DNA of 63,906 bases, filler included, from Sluysia triapertura (GCA_046118255.1; 5 parts of 5 records of this genome joined end to end with filler, not necessarily neighbours in it); one strand, 5' to 3'. Positions 39,220 through 52,290 are shown, numbered from the whole stretch's first letter. The notes: generated by a model from the letters alone, not told the origin. Program-made: numbers and translations.

Positions 39220-40240
39220 CCTAGAGAACAACGGCATATCAGCTACCTTTCCCAGTTCAATTTCAACACTAAATACATTCCGAATAAAGAAAAGGTGGAT
39301 GCCATATCTCGCGTAGCAACCAACAGCACCGAATTTCTACCCATGTTTTCAGTTGAAGACTTGCAGCAAAACCCACTTACGAGTCAAGATATTTCCAAAT
39401 TCAGAATCACGTCAGTATTGCGTGAAGAAATTTATTTTGACCACCAAATATCAGGTTTCTTCCACCCAGTTTTAGGCCAAAACTTCAATTTAAAGCTTTT
39501 CAATATATACACAATATTATTCACTCTGGAGCTAAATCCATACGTGATGTGACCTTAAATGCACAAATATATCAAACACTGATGCAAATACTGTTTGAAA
39601 TATCAATTTGTGAGGGTCCACATACACATGAAACAGACTGGCTACTCATTCTAAATAATCCATATGGACATAGTCGGTCCACTACCACAATCCCACAGAT
39701 ATACGATTTTTTTAACAATAATTGACCCAGGAATATAACTTCGGAGATTAAATCAATAATCCTAGTCTCCTTTCAGAGTTCCCAAAATGCTGATCAAAGA
39801 TCAAGGCACTCATTTCGAGTTTAGTTTATTCAGTGACTTAATAAAACAATTGGCAGTACTAGGCTTTGAACGACAGCATGCCATCCACCATCAAAGGCAT
39901 GATTGAGAGATTTCATACTCACAAAAACTCCTTGTCAGCATTGTCAATACATAAAACTGGATTGATGCACTAGGTTTAAGTAATAAATCACATACTTCAA
40001 CTGGATATTCGCTAGATCAAACAGTTCTAGGCACCAACACATAGGTCACCTTTCGAACAATTCGAGTCTCATGATCCTACTGAAAAATTCTATTCGCCTC
40101 TTCTACGAGAATACTTCAACGAGATGAATAAAACACCTCGTCACAATAACAGCTTCTATATTCATATTCCTAAAAATATATGAGTCAATAAGTCTGGGTA
40201 ACAGTCGAAAAACCCACTACTCTACAACCAAGATATATTG
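39220..40240 (+). mobile_element. Decayed Ty3/Gypsy pol (RNase H end plus integrase)
   Basis: QRHISYLSQF...YIP...VDAISR, IHNIIHSG, HMDIVGPLP, VPKMLIKDQGTHFE and GMIERFH, across frameshifts. Confidence 0.88.
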
Positions 40241-40859
40241 TTGTTAACGTGTATGTTGTTATAATTGTTATGATTGTTGTGATAGTTTAAGTTACTGTGT
40301 TGTGTTATTATTGTTTCGATTGTTGTATGTAATTCATTCAGTTTTTAATAGCTGAATTTGTTTGTTTATTGTTTGGGGTTGATTTCAACAAAAAAATAAT
40401 ATATTGTAATGGTGTAAAATATTAAAAAATAGTTTTTTTTTAAAAATTAAAATAATAATAATAGTAATAGTCACACACATAATTAATTATGAACACTGAA
40501 TATTATGAGCGAGTCTAAGATTATATTGCCTTAACAAGTGCAAGCAAAAACTTCTTATTAACTTTCATTCTTTTACATTTGTAAAATCTTCAGCAGAAGC
40601 CATTTTATAAATCTGGGATCACAGGCGAATTCTTTAAATTTAAATTCGATTTATGATAATACGCTTTAACACTTAACAGCATTATCTGTTACATGTTTTA
40701 GTTAATATTTATATTTATGTGTTTAAAAGTTTAGCACAAATTTAATTTTTTTACATAATATATTAAATTTATCGTTGAACTTATTTTTTATTTTATTTTA
40801 TACACATTTTTATTTTATATAAAGTTTTGCAAATCAAATATCAGATCGTGAAGGATGAA

Positions 40860-41367
40860 TGATCAAGTTTTCATATTTATGCCAGTAATGCTTGAGTAAC
40901 GAATCAATGAATCGAGGTCGTCTTGAGGTGCAATTGAAGGCAAAACATAGTGCTCATATTAATTGAGATTTTAGTTTCTTTAAAACATTGAAGGAAAACT
41001 TTGAAAAAAGAACAACAATAAAGTCGGCATTTACTTCTCATACTTCAACCAATAATCGGTGTCTTGAGGTTAATTATCAAATTACTTTATTCATCGCTAC
41101 AACTGGAAAAAAATCACATTATAGGAGATAATTTAATAAAACCGTCAATATTAGCATTTCTTAAAACGGTTCTTGAAAAAGACGACAAAGATGTAAAAGC
41201 TATGCCATTCAGTAAAAATACTGTTAGGAGAAGAATATGCGAAATGAGTGAAGATATTGTAAAACAACTTGTTGAAAAGCTGAAAACAATAAAATTCTCA
41301 GTGCAAATGGATGAATCAACTTTGAGAGATAGTGAGGCAGTTTTGATAACTTACGTAAGATATATTG
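40860..41367 (+). mobile_element. hAT (Buster/Charlie, ZBED5-like) transposase fragment
   Basis: BED-finger remnant CLSNESM...LKAKH, then HIIGDNLIKP, PFSKNTVRRRI, FSVQMDEST and YVRY. Truncated after that. Confidence 0.88.
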
Positions 41368-41667
41368 GTTCGGTTTCTATCTACTCGAACAATTATAAAA
41401 AGAAAATTTAATAAGCTGGGTCCGTCTACGCTCAACGATTTATCTTACCTATAAGGACGTTTACGTAGGATTTTTAAGCTTGTCAAAAAACTGAAGGTCA
41501 GTAAAACTTTTTATGAGCATTGGATTGATATTTATCTTATGCTTTTTATCTTCTGAATTAATTTATTTCCCAAAGTATGTTTACTATTCTTTTAAAAGGC
41601 TAATAGATTATATCTTTATCTAAATGAACTTTACGTAATAATTTTATTTTATGATCACGCTTCGAAA

Positions 41668-41767
41668 NNNNNNNNNNNNNNNNNNNNNNNNNNNNNNNNN
41701 NNNNNNNNNNNTTAATTAATTAANNNNNNNNNNNNNNNNNNNNNNNNNNNNNNNNNNNNNNNNNNNN
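41668..41767. other. Artificial contig linker
   Basis: N44-TTAATTAATTAA-N44. Confidence 0.97.
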
Positions 41768-42729
41768 GCACATTGACAATTCGTGAACAGATTCTTGTTA
41801 TCAATGGTTCTCGGATTCGTGGTTGGTGGGTGGCTTCTCATTTTATTTTAACAGCTTTAGCTGCTATTATGTTAATCTGGTTAGTGTTTCATTGAATTAT
41901 TGGATTTATTTGTCGTAGAAAAAGTTAACTTTATTAGTTTATTTCTGTTTTATTTAAATTATCCAAATGGTAAGCATTTTGCACGTCTTGTAAATAAAAC
42001 TTCAATAATCTAGCATTTAATTAGATGATAATTATTATTCAACCTCTAGTAGTTGCTAAATTTTTTACTGTCAATAATTATAGCTGCTGCTGTAGTAGCA
42101 TTGTCATAAATTTTGTATTATTAATTAGATAAATTATTGAACAAATGTATTAACTATTGTTTCTGTATGATTGAATGAAATATTATGGAGTCATATATGT
42201 ACTAGAGAACTAGAATTTCATTCTACAATAACTTTTCTATATTTAATTCTATTACTGAATCAACTTCATTTCATAGCTAATTGTGTATATATGGCCATGC
42301 AAATTATTCTTTTATATCCGCTTTGTTTTAACTTGAATTTTTTGTGTATTCAGTTTTCATTTACATTATCGTTTCTACGATTCTTCAGTTTAATTGGTAG
42401 TTTTTCCACTTTGCTAGTAGTGTTATACAGTTTTTCATTTTTGAAACGACTGAGAATAATATAGTTCTGTTGTTTGTTCCATTTCATTAAAATTGTAATT
42501 AAATTATTCATAATTACTTACAATTTCAATTGTTTTTAAGTTTTATAATAATTTTTTTCTTGTGAAACTTATTATTAATATCAAACAATATCAATAATAA
42601 ATAAGAGACTTCTGCTTCTTTATGTTTATTAATATTAATTCAACTTTCTATTTGTTTAAAAAGAACATTTTAGCACAAATGGTTTTTAGTATATACAAAT
42701 TTAATAGGTATATTTAGTATTTACAAATA

Positions 42730-42860
42730 TCCCTGTTTTCGGACGACCTTCTTTAGGAGCATTTGACACGCTTCCAGTTACTTCAAATTTGGATGCAAGA
42801 TTGAACACTGTCGACTTACTCCGAAGTTTGCTTTCCATGTTTCTTCCACATGTTGCTAAT
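42730..42860 (-). mobile_element. Tc1/mariner-superfamily transposase N-terminal HTH remnant
   Basis: SKSTVFNLASKFEVTGSVSNAPKEGRPKT resembles FxxTGSVxxxPRSGRPR. Confidence 0.7.
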
Positions 42861-43421
42861 CCTTGCATAGTAATTCTTAATGACGAAGATAACAAAAAAT
42901 GTCATAAAAGAAGAAATTAAATTTGTCGTTTTTGATATCTAATTTTTATTCAAGTTTGCGGATAACATTCAATTATGCATTATGTAAACAAAGTTCATTA
43001 TCAAGATAAAACAAGTTTTATATAACGATAGTAAACATAATACTCTACTTCAAATATGTCAATTTTATTTGATACAGTTTTCGAGGCAAGCTTAATCTTA
43101 ATGTTAATTTTTTATCTAATTTTCATTCTGTGAATTTGTGTATTTTTTTTCTTTTATTTTGTTTACTGATGAATTCTTTCTATCATTTGAAAGACTTTTT
43201 ATCTATTAACTCTAACAGCAATAGTAATAAATTTATATTGTCTTGAATATCGATTTAGGAGAATAGATATTATATATCTATAGATTAAATATTCGCTGAA
43301 TTATCGAATGACCTAGAGATTTTTAATTAGCACAAATTAGTTGGTTCTAATGACCAATACAAATTAACTGTTCAATATCTATTGACAGCGAAATTGTTTA
43401 TCATATTTGATCACTATAAGG

Positions 43422-43731
43422 CAGAGGTGGCCAAACTGCGGCTCTTTGAAAGATTATTTGTGGCTCTCGATAAAATATTTTAAAATGTTATTATCGTTCC
43501 TATGTGTTTCAAAATGTCTTAAATTACTAAGTGCAATGTTGTAACAAATTTCATTTCCGTCCAAGTTAAGAATAAATGTTTAATTTTTAATATTTAAATA
43601 TTAAATTTAATATTTAAAATTTTTCATACCTTTTTTGCATACTTTTTTAATACGTATTTATAATTGCGGCTTGCGAAAAATTTCAAATTTTGAAAAATGG
43701 CTCGGACTATCAAGGAGCTTGGCCAACCATG
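43422..43731. mobile_element. 310-bp hAT-type MITE
   Basis: TIRs CAGAGGTGGCCAAAC / GCTTGGCCAACCATG, subterminal GCGGCTC/TGGCTC repeats, and a decayed 8-bp TSD (CTATAAGG vs GTGGAAGG). Confidence 0.78.
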
Positions 43732-43839
43732 GTGGAAGGCATATTTTCGTACATAGAGTTAAAAATAATATACACATCTATATTTAATTTTAAAATAGAA
43801 AATGATTAAAATTTTGAGTAGTATATCTAGAAAATTAAT

Positions 43840-43952
43840 TTTTACTTTAGAAAAATATTGTATTGCTTTTTTACCATTTTATATGACTTTTAATTTATAT
43901 ATAGGTATTGGTCAAATGAATAGGTATACATCAAACCTTGGTACATTTAGTG
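43840..43952. mobile_element. Second, truncated copy of the CACTAAATG MITE
   Basis: Matches 25620-25756 and ends GGTACATTTAGTG|TTAA. Confidence 0.8.
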
Positions 43953-44719
43953 TTAAATTACTAATTTGCAATCATGAGAAACTATTATTATTTTTATTTT
44001 TTGAAAATTAACATAATTATATTTCATTTATTATATGAAATTTTACTTTTAACTACTTATTAAAATATATTTATATTATTGGTTAATTTTAGGCCAATAA
44101 GTGATTCATATGATAAATTTCGGAACCAGTTTATGCTGTATTCGCTTTACATGAGTAAGTTATTTTATTTTAAACAAATAAAGTATATTTTATTTTCATA
44201 AAATACAATTTTTAAGTACGGATCACATCAATAAGGGAGTTTACGTAGCTTCCGCAACAGCGGGTAGCATCAATAAGCGTTATGATGAATTTACTTGTTT
44301 TAATAGCTGAAAAACACTTCCACTTCATACATGTTGAATATGCGTTAGAGCTTATCTATATCAGTTGTATACAGTTTGATAGGATACTTTAAATTTGTTT
44401 GTATCACGTCTACTCCGGACTTAGAATTATAGAAGTTCTAATTCTATGATTTTGGATAAATAATTTACTAGTCTCGTCACTTCATTACTTTCATTCGGAT
44501 TTCTATATTTTTCAAAGTCAGTCGTTATCGTTATTTTTACATTATGATACGCCCTCAACTTCTTTCGATTTTCCCGCATAAAAGCGTCCGCGCTTTGATG
44601 ATTCAGACAATGATGAAAAAGAATATTTGACTGAAAAAGCAGTAACAATGATGAAGAAACAAGATCGGCAGTTTCATTTGTCAAAATGTGAACAATTTTA
44701 CAATTCATTTTTCTTGCGT

Positions 44720-44761
44720 TCTGCGAGTGCGATATTGCGAATTATACCCGTACGAAAAGGG
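44720..44761. mobile_element. Unpaired piggyBac-type terminus
   Basis: ...CCCGTACGAAAAGGG|TTAA. The partner end was not found. Confidence 0.45.
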
Positions 44762-44888
44762 TTAAATTAGTTAAAAATGAGCGAAAAACATTAATTTTAG
44801 TCAAAATTAATATTCAAAATTGTTTTTCATAGAGTTTATAGAATATTTTTGGATCCGTTTAATTAAATTCACTGAGTTTTCTGTCTGA

Positions 44889-45459
44889 CACATTATGAGC
44901 GGCGAGTATTTATATCATTTGAAAAGTATTTTTTTAAGCGGGGAAAGTACTTGTAAATGTTGAGTACTCTACGCGATATTTACTCATTTGGTTGGTGCTG
45001 TTCGTTTTTTTACATTTATGAAAAATCCATACTGATCAAGAAGAAATTCCAGATAACAAAATGAATTTGTTAAATCATTAGAAAAAACAAATATCTCAGT
45101 CTCAATCGGTGAGATATTCTCTGCCACAATGGATCACTTCCTTCCATCGTTCTGGAAGTCTGTCAATCCCACGTTTGATGAAACTTGGTGATTTTTGGTC
45201 CACGTTGTTATGGCTTCTTCGTTTTCAAATGTGAGACCTAAAAGATGTCGGAAATGTTCATTCTTAGTGAAAGTTAATCTAAAATGATTTAAATAGATAA
45301 TTCAGCTGAATGAATATAACTCAAATCAGTTAAAAAAAGAAGTTGGTGTGTTTTCTTTGCAACAAATAAAACCGCACAAATGTATGCACCAATATTATTT
45401 TGAAGATCTTCCAATTTTTGCCCGCTGCGTACTCTGCCGGACTACTCGCTCATAATGTG
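44889..45459. mobile_element. MITE with CACATTATGAGCG TIRs, right flank TTAA
   Basis: CACATTATGAGCGGCGAGTA ... TACTCGCTCATAATGTG|TTAA. Confidence 0.7.
44985..45398 (-). mobile_element. Internally deleted mariner nested in the preceding MITE
   Basis: C-terminus KSPSFIKRGIDRLPERWKEVIHCGREYLTD*. Hsmar-like TIR remnants GGTTGGTGC and AAAACCGCA...TGCACCAA. Confidence 0.75.
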
Positions 45460-45816
45460 TTAACATCGGATTTAATATGAATCTTTTTTCAATTTTATTG
45501 AATATTACAAGAAAATAATGGAATTTTAACCAACTGACAAGTTGAAAAAGTTAGCCGAGACTCATTCATTTCTAATAAAACGTGACAATTCTACAAATTA
45601 TGAACTACAAACACTAATCAATCAATATAATCAATATTATGAATAGTATTTACTCATTACGTGTTGTTGTTGTTGCTTGTGCCTAACTTAGAATATGATC
45701 AATATGTTGTTCATTTATTAGTTTAATTAAATAAAAGTTTGTATAATTCATTTTAAATTTAGAGTAATATGCTTATCTTTTTAATATTATCTGAATACAA
45801 AAAAACTGTTTATATA

Positions 45817-46378
45817 CAATGGTGGCCAAATTATTAAACTAAAGACCATTTTTGTGATAAAATTCAACTACTAATTACATCTTTAGTAGTAGTATGGTAG
45901 TAATAGTAGTAGTAGTAGGTAGTAGTAGTAATATAGTGCATAATCAAGTGTATAAAAACATTATCGCTGAAAATGTAAAACGTTGGAAAATAACTTCTGG
46001 TGAAAGTAAAATAATAGATAAAAATAGTGAGATCCAAAACATACAGAAATTTTATTCATGTAGAATGTGATTTACTGCACAATTTACTACAAATCAAATA
46101 TGTACATTCTGTTGTATCAGTACTTCGTTATCCAATAATTTCCTGATCCTTAAAGGCATGCCACGGATGAGCTTGTGCACAAGTCTTTGATCTCGTCATC
46201 GTGATGCCATACTTTTATCAGGGTTTCAATAAGTTCAGTCCTGGTTAGAAACTCTCCTTTCGACAATCTCCCACGCATTTTCTGCGATTCATGTCTAGAG
46301 AGGGTAGCAAATATTAAGAAAAGCAAAGAAAAACATATTTTTCCTGTTTCAGTCTAATAATTCAGCCACCACTCACTG
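45817..46378 (-). mobile_element. Internally deleted Tc1 element with TIRs and TA TSD
   Basis: TA|CAATGGTGGCCAAATTATTAAACT ... AGTCTAATAATTCAGCCACCACTCACTG|TA. Peptides SLDMN..ENAWEI and KLIRGMPLRI resemble SPDLNPIENLW and KLVESMPRRL. Confidence 0.82.
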
Positions 46379-47429
46379 TATCAAGTTTGTCAGTAGAATC
46401 TATATATGTGTGTATATTTAATGTAAGTCATTTTTGCAGGACCGTATAGAAACTCAAACGTCATCTCAATTTAAAATCACTACCAAAATGTCACAGTATT
46501 TACCAATTTTGGACTTCAAATTGTTCGACTACGGCAAGTCCGATCAGCAGATAGGATACTATTTCGAATCCGTGTGTTTCTATTAGTTATTATCTACTCG
46601 GTCCGATCTCTCCAACTTTGGTAATATGATCTTTCTTTTTTGTTTATTGCTGTTTGTGTTTGCGTGTTTGCGTTTGTTGGATTGTTTGTATGGATGGATG
46701 GATGATCAATATTGATTGTTTTGTTCTATTGAAAAATATATTTTAAAACTAAATTATCAATGTTAGCATTACTTTAAATTGTACATCTATATTAAAATAA
46801 AATAAAGTTAATTTTTCATTGTACTTTTTCGATTTTAATATACTGGAAACCTTCTTTTATTTCCCCACCGTCTACCATTTTAGAGAGTTGGATCCAAGTT
46901 TTTAACTCTGGTTCAGAATGAGGTTGTTCTTGCAGTTGTAATGGAATCTGACATTCTCGATGAATAAAAAATAATTGATACTTGGATTTTATATCTTTAT
47001 TGAATGAAAAAAACTTTTTAAATAGCATTTCCTCATCACTGTCAAAAATTTATGAGGAATGCATCTTTTTTACTAAAGAAATCAATCAAACTAATTTATA
47101 ATTAATTTCGAAGAGTTCGGTCTTATTGGTTCGTCTTTAATTGTGGAAATTGAAGTGCAAGTTAATTTTACAGTCCCAATAAACAATAAAATACGGTATT
47201 TTTATTAAATATTAAGATTTCTATTAATTTCGTAAGACAAACTTTAGAATGATTTTATTGGTATATTGTGTCTTAGCAGCAAATATGAATAATTTTTAGT
47301 TAGAATTTGATCCTTTATTTAAGGAAAAAATATCAACGATTTTAAAGGATACTGCGTTAATTTTATATTATGTTCATGCTACTGCTAGAATTTAATTTTA
47401 ACCTTTTATTTTATTAAATTTTCTTTTAA

Positions 47430-48620
47430 ATTTTAATGAATTTGGATAAAAGAGATGCGAATATTGAAGAGTCGAAAAGTACATACTATATTTTGGCACA
47501 TGTCGTCATCGTAGGAGGATATGAGACTAAGACCACCGTGGTTTTTATACACAAAGATGAAATTATTATTTAAGAGGAAAGGTTTTAATGCCCAGAAAAT
47601 GTTTGAATATTTGACAAGCATTTGCATCATAACCTACAGTGTTTCGAAGGTGGAAAGGAAGGCTGGAATGAAGAAAGTTGTGGCACATAAGAAACTGGTT
47701 CTTACAACCAAGTCTACAAGATTCAATTTTTTGAGAAACCTGTAGGTTTTCCTCCAAAAGTGAATTGAGGTTCTGTTTTTTCAATTTGCTCCCGCCACCG
47801 TCTTTCATAGCTGGAATAGGTACATTATAAATGCATAGAGGTACCTCGCTTCCCGAGAGATTATTAAAATAAAAACATTTGTCGGGACGGAAAACTAAAT
47901 TGGCTAACTTGGCCTTTTCAACCATGCAGTTAAATATTTGTTAAAGCTTACCATGGGAAATAGCTATGCCATCCGCATAGGCAAGGTAAGGAGGAAAAGA
48001 AGAGCCACCAACGCATATGTTATCTTCTTCAGTTAAAGACCTAAATAAGTAGTCGATCGCGATGCAGAATAGGGTAATTGAGATTGGGCAACCCTGTTTG
48101 ACGCCATATTTGATTGGTATTGGATCCGTCAAGAATTTACTACACTTGTATTGAGTTGACAAAGAATCGTAAAGATTTCTGATAAGATTAAGGGTGGATT
48201 GATGAAGACCCATACAAGACAAGGTGAACCAAACTAATTGGTGGGAAACGGATCAAAACGCGTCGGCCAAGTCAAGAAAGATGACGTGGAATTGGATTTT
48301 GTGGGATTTTTTTATGGTTAAGAGACTTAGTAATTTCCTATAAATAATGAAGAATAAAATAATTTTCAGTGCAACCATCAGAGCGAAGAAGAGCATTATA
48401 AGAGTCGATCATTGAGGATCTTTGTAAAGTTGCGGTATAAAAATCTAGAACAGCAATAGGGCGCCAAGAAGAAAATACGTGTGCTAGATGGAATTTATTG
48501 GGTTTAATTATAAGGATTGTAAAGAAAAATTTCCAGGCATGGAGAACGTTTTGAGTTTGAAATATTTTATTGAAGAAAATTAAAAGAAACTTCGCTCTAG
48601 GATCAATATTCTTGATTTGT
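47430..48620 (-). mobile_element. Decayed non-LTR retrotransposon RT, R2/NeSL/Utopia-like
   Basis: SSWRPIAV, FLDLADAF, GVKQGCPISITLF, LAYADG (YADD mutated), NLVFRPDKC and HGGLSL, across frameshifts. Confidence 0.85.
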
Positions 48621-49005
48621 TCGAATGTGTTTTTATTGTGTTTTTAAAATATTTCATGGTTATTAAGATTTCAGCTTCAGAACAGCTTGAAAAATCCATA
48701 AAGTAAGGTGTCACACCAATCTTAGATGAATCGAATGGTTAAAAAACGCCGGAACTATATTAAGACGTTTCATCAACAGAATGAGTGATGGGAGGGGAGT
48801 CAGTACCAGTTACCCTATCTTTTCAAAGATCTTGTTAAGATTAATATTCTTCTTAAACTCGTTATTGTGGAATTTAATTTGAGATATAATATTAGGAAAC
48901 TTTGGTCGATGCAGGCGATAAATGAGGTCACAAAATTCAGTGAAAGCTTCAGAGTTTCCTTATTGAATTTGAGACAAAGAGATTGTACCTAAGGATCTTT
49001 CGTTT

Positions 49006-49553
49006 TGTTAACTTTAATCGACTCAACCAAAGAACGAGCAAAAACATTATAGAGGATATCTCTAGTACCACAAATATCAGGCTTACAAAACATAAATATA
49101 TCAGGATTGCGTTTATATTGTAACGTAATATCAATCCCTTCTAACAATTTTAGATTATTATAGTCTTTATTATTATTATACACTTTAGGCCTGTATCCTA
49201 ACATATATCCTAACATATTTTCCCAATTCAATTATGTTTGACCTCAGAAGGGTATTTGATATGTGGGCCTACCAAATGTTAGACTTCACGAAAATCGAAC
49301 CAAGGAACTCTCTCTGAGTAGTTCGCTGAACAAATATGTATTAATATAGTGTTTAAAACTTTTCATTTTCACTATAGGAATCAGGGATTTCTCCATAGAC
49401 TTTGTGTCTTCGGGATGATCTTATGGAGTCTCACCATAGTCTTTTAGGCCTTTACTGTGGATTTGGAAATTTGTTTCGCTGCAGTCTTTTTGTCTTCGCC
49501 CTGTCTAACAATTTTAGATTATTAGTCAATTATACTAAATGGCACTTTAGTCC
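49006..49553 (-). mobile_element. Tandem TRIM-like locus: pre-LTR motif, LTR-A (49510-49277), PBS-like site, 130-bp interior, LTR-B (49146-49006)
   Basis: LTR-A has TGTTAGAC...GAAGTCTAACA ends followed by TT TGGTAGGCCCAC. LTR-B is TGTTAGAA...AAGTTAACA. Both are preceded by CTAAAGTG...GACTA..ATAATCTAAAAT, as at 18944-18988. Confidence 0.7.
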
Positions 49554-50060
49554 TATCAATTATCCATTAATGTTTATTTAGTTTTCATTCAAAAAATTAG
49601 TTCGTATCAGACTTTAGTTAGTACAAATTTTAAACCGGTTATACGCAATAATCCTCTGAATTTATAGTCAAATGATTATCTCTATATTTATTTTAGTCAT
49701 TTTTTTAGTAAACGGAGCCTTTATTAATCAGAAGCATGACTCTAATCCAGTCATTACATTTGCTAAATGTATTTTATTTGGTTCAGAGATTCGAAAAGGC
49801 TTTCCTTTTCATGTGTTAGAATTTTTCGATGAAATTTTTTATGCAATGATTACAAATATTTTTACTATATATTTTACTATACATCTTTTTGATATACATC
49901 TTTTATTTTATATTTTTTTCTCTTACTTTATAAACATTAGTTTTATAAGGGTTTTGGAATTAATTTTTATATTTAAATCAAACACGTAAAAGCATTAGTT
50001 TGTAAATAATGAATAATTCAAAAGCGAATGTTGGCATCGAAAAAGTGGCTTTGCATTTGC

Positions 50061-50097
50061 AAAGGAGTTAAAGTGGTTAAAGGAGTTAAAGTGGTTA
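50061..50097. repeat. 18-bp tandem duplication AAAGGAGTTAAAGTGGTT x2
   Basis: Read directly from the sequence. Confidence 0.9.
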
Positions 50098-51039
50098 ATG
50101 CTGATCGCTCACTTGAAGCTGGAGTAATAAATATGAATTTATTCGAAAACTCTAGCCAGAGCGCTACATTCCAAAGAACGCTATTATGCTGAAATAAGTA
50201 AACACGGATATCACAGTGTAATTTTATTAAAAATTTAACGCCATGTCTTGATGATGATCCAGTATTTGTTCCAGTTAAATCTGCGCAGCATAGCGGCGAT
50301 TTACAAGTATTACCGAAAGATACATTAGTTACCTGGTGTATAACGGCAATGGAATATTTCACAAAGTCATGAAATGTGTCAGTTATCACTTGTTATTTCT
50401 GGTTAATTATATAATAAAAAAGTATGTCAAATTGTAAGTTGTAAAATTTAAATAAATAATTTATTTGTTTAAATATTTAAAATAATAATATTGTTGGATT
50501 ATGACCATTCAGCCATTCCGTCAGCCATACATATCATTATAATAGATTTATTGATATTAATTAATAATAATGATAATGATGATGATAATAATAATAATAT
50601 TACATTTGATTTAATATTTTATTTATTTTTATTTGACTTGATAATTTTATAAATAATAATATTATTATTATTTAATTTAAAGATGTAGTTTTAAACATTA
50701 AATTATAAAATTAAAAATTTAAAAACTTTATTTAAAGAATTAAAAATCAAAATTTGTTTAAAAGGATTAAAATATAAACAGAAAGAAAGTGAGAAATAGT
50801 ATAAATAAGTGCAAAATTTTAGAAATATTACAACAGAACATCCCGGAGAAAACATCAATATAGTAATTGGAAAAACAATCTTGGATCTAACTCTTGGTCG
50901 ATTTTTATATTTTGGAATTGGATTCTGCGCATAAGTAGAGCACATAATTTTACATGAATAGGTAAATTTTTGTAAATAAGTTCCATATTCCTAATCTTAA
51001 TGATAAGATAATTAAAATCAAGGTAAAATACAACTATTT

Positions 51040-51600
51040 TATCTTATACCGTGACTGGATAGGTAAAAATCTCTAAAATCCATATATTTCATATCTAAAC
51101 TCTAAGTTTAAGGTATCAAATTGAGTATAGTTATTATAGTATTTTTTATATTGTAAATTCAATTTTCTTTGTATAATTAATTAAAGGATCTTTCCTTTTA
51201 CTATAATTTAAACTATATTTTATTGCAAATCTGACCGTAACAGGCTGGTTCAAATTATAAAATCTAGTTACAAATTTGTCAGACCGTAAAAAGGCTGACT
51301 TAACTTATTTTAATTTTTGACTTCACTTATATTAATTTTAAATTTATCTCCAAAGAGTCATTATTCGTTAGGATAACTGTTTTGCAATTTAAAATATAAA
51401 TACAGAGAGTTTATATTCGTTTAAGATAAGCACCTAAAAAGTTAAGTATAACTGTTCTCAATATAATTGACAGCTAACTTCTTTTCTTTGTAAAAATCTT
51501 CGTTCAGATATAAAACGCTTCTAATTAGTCGGACTTACCTCCATAGTTTATTTATTTTGCTAGTTAGGTTTCTTTTAGATTAAAACCACAGCAATATTTA
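51040..51600 (+). repeat. Dispersed family B, copy 2
   Basis: Motifs at 51046, 51232 and 51281, and the CAGATATAAAACG block at 51505. Confidence 0.65.
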
Positions 51601-52109
51601 TTCATTGTTTAATATAAAATCAATTTAATTACAAGTCAATGAAGTTTACATATATAATTTATTGTTTAATGAAATGAAATCATATTTTGTTTCATTTAAT
51701 TAATTAGAACTGGCTTAAATAAACAATTAATTATTTGTGATCAATAAAGAGTTTGATTTTATAAAATAAATTATGACTAAGAATGAATGAAATCACTTTA
51801 AATATGAATACAATAAAATATTATCAGGAAATAATTGACGATTATCTTGTTAGACAACAAAGAATAATTTTAATGTTGGACTCAACCAATTTAGGAAGAT
51901 TTTTTTGACGATTACTTTGTTTGATAACTGCACTTCAACATTTTGAACAATTTTGTAAGTTCTAACCGTCTTTGTTCTGTACGTCTAGTTTAAGGCTAGA
52001 CTTAAATTATAATTAAAATCAGATTACAATTAAAAAAATTTACTTTATAATTTTTTACAATCTTTTGCTTTATATAAATCATTATAAAATCCATTAACAT
52101 TTTGTCTTG

Positions 52110-52290
52110 TTAAAATCCCTCTATAACACGATACTCTTATAACGCGTTTTCATGTCCCTCGTATAACACGTGTGTTCACCATATAACGCGGGTACTTGTC
52201 CATATTGTGTCAATTGTGTTGTTATGAAATCAATATTTCGTTCATAACAGTTTTTCCTTTGATATAGTTTTCTTATAACAGAGATGGCGA
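52110..52290 (+). mobile_element. pogo/Tigger-like MITE end
   Basis: Four TATAAC(A/G)CG subterminal repeats following AAAATCCCTCTATAAC. Confidence 0.5.

Noticed and set aside
44427-44708. 93-aa ORF as piggyBac or MULE transposase
   Set aside because: Apart from TDFEK there is no diagnostic motif, so it cannot be assigned.
49368-49400. U3 snoRNA-like 5' sequence (ACTATA...TCAGGGAT..TTCT..ATAG), and a short U1-like CAGGGCGA on the other strand
   Set aside because: Short gapped matches only, with no box B/D or Sm site. An Rfam cmscan would be needed to revive it.
49006-49553. CRISPR- or integron-like repeat-spacer array
   Set aside because: Only two units in eukaryotic DNA with no cas or integrase gene. 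TG..CA ends plus a PBS fit an LTR derivative better.
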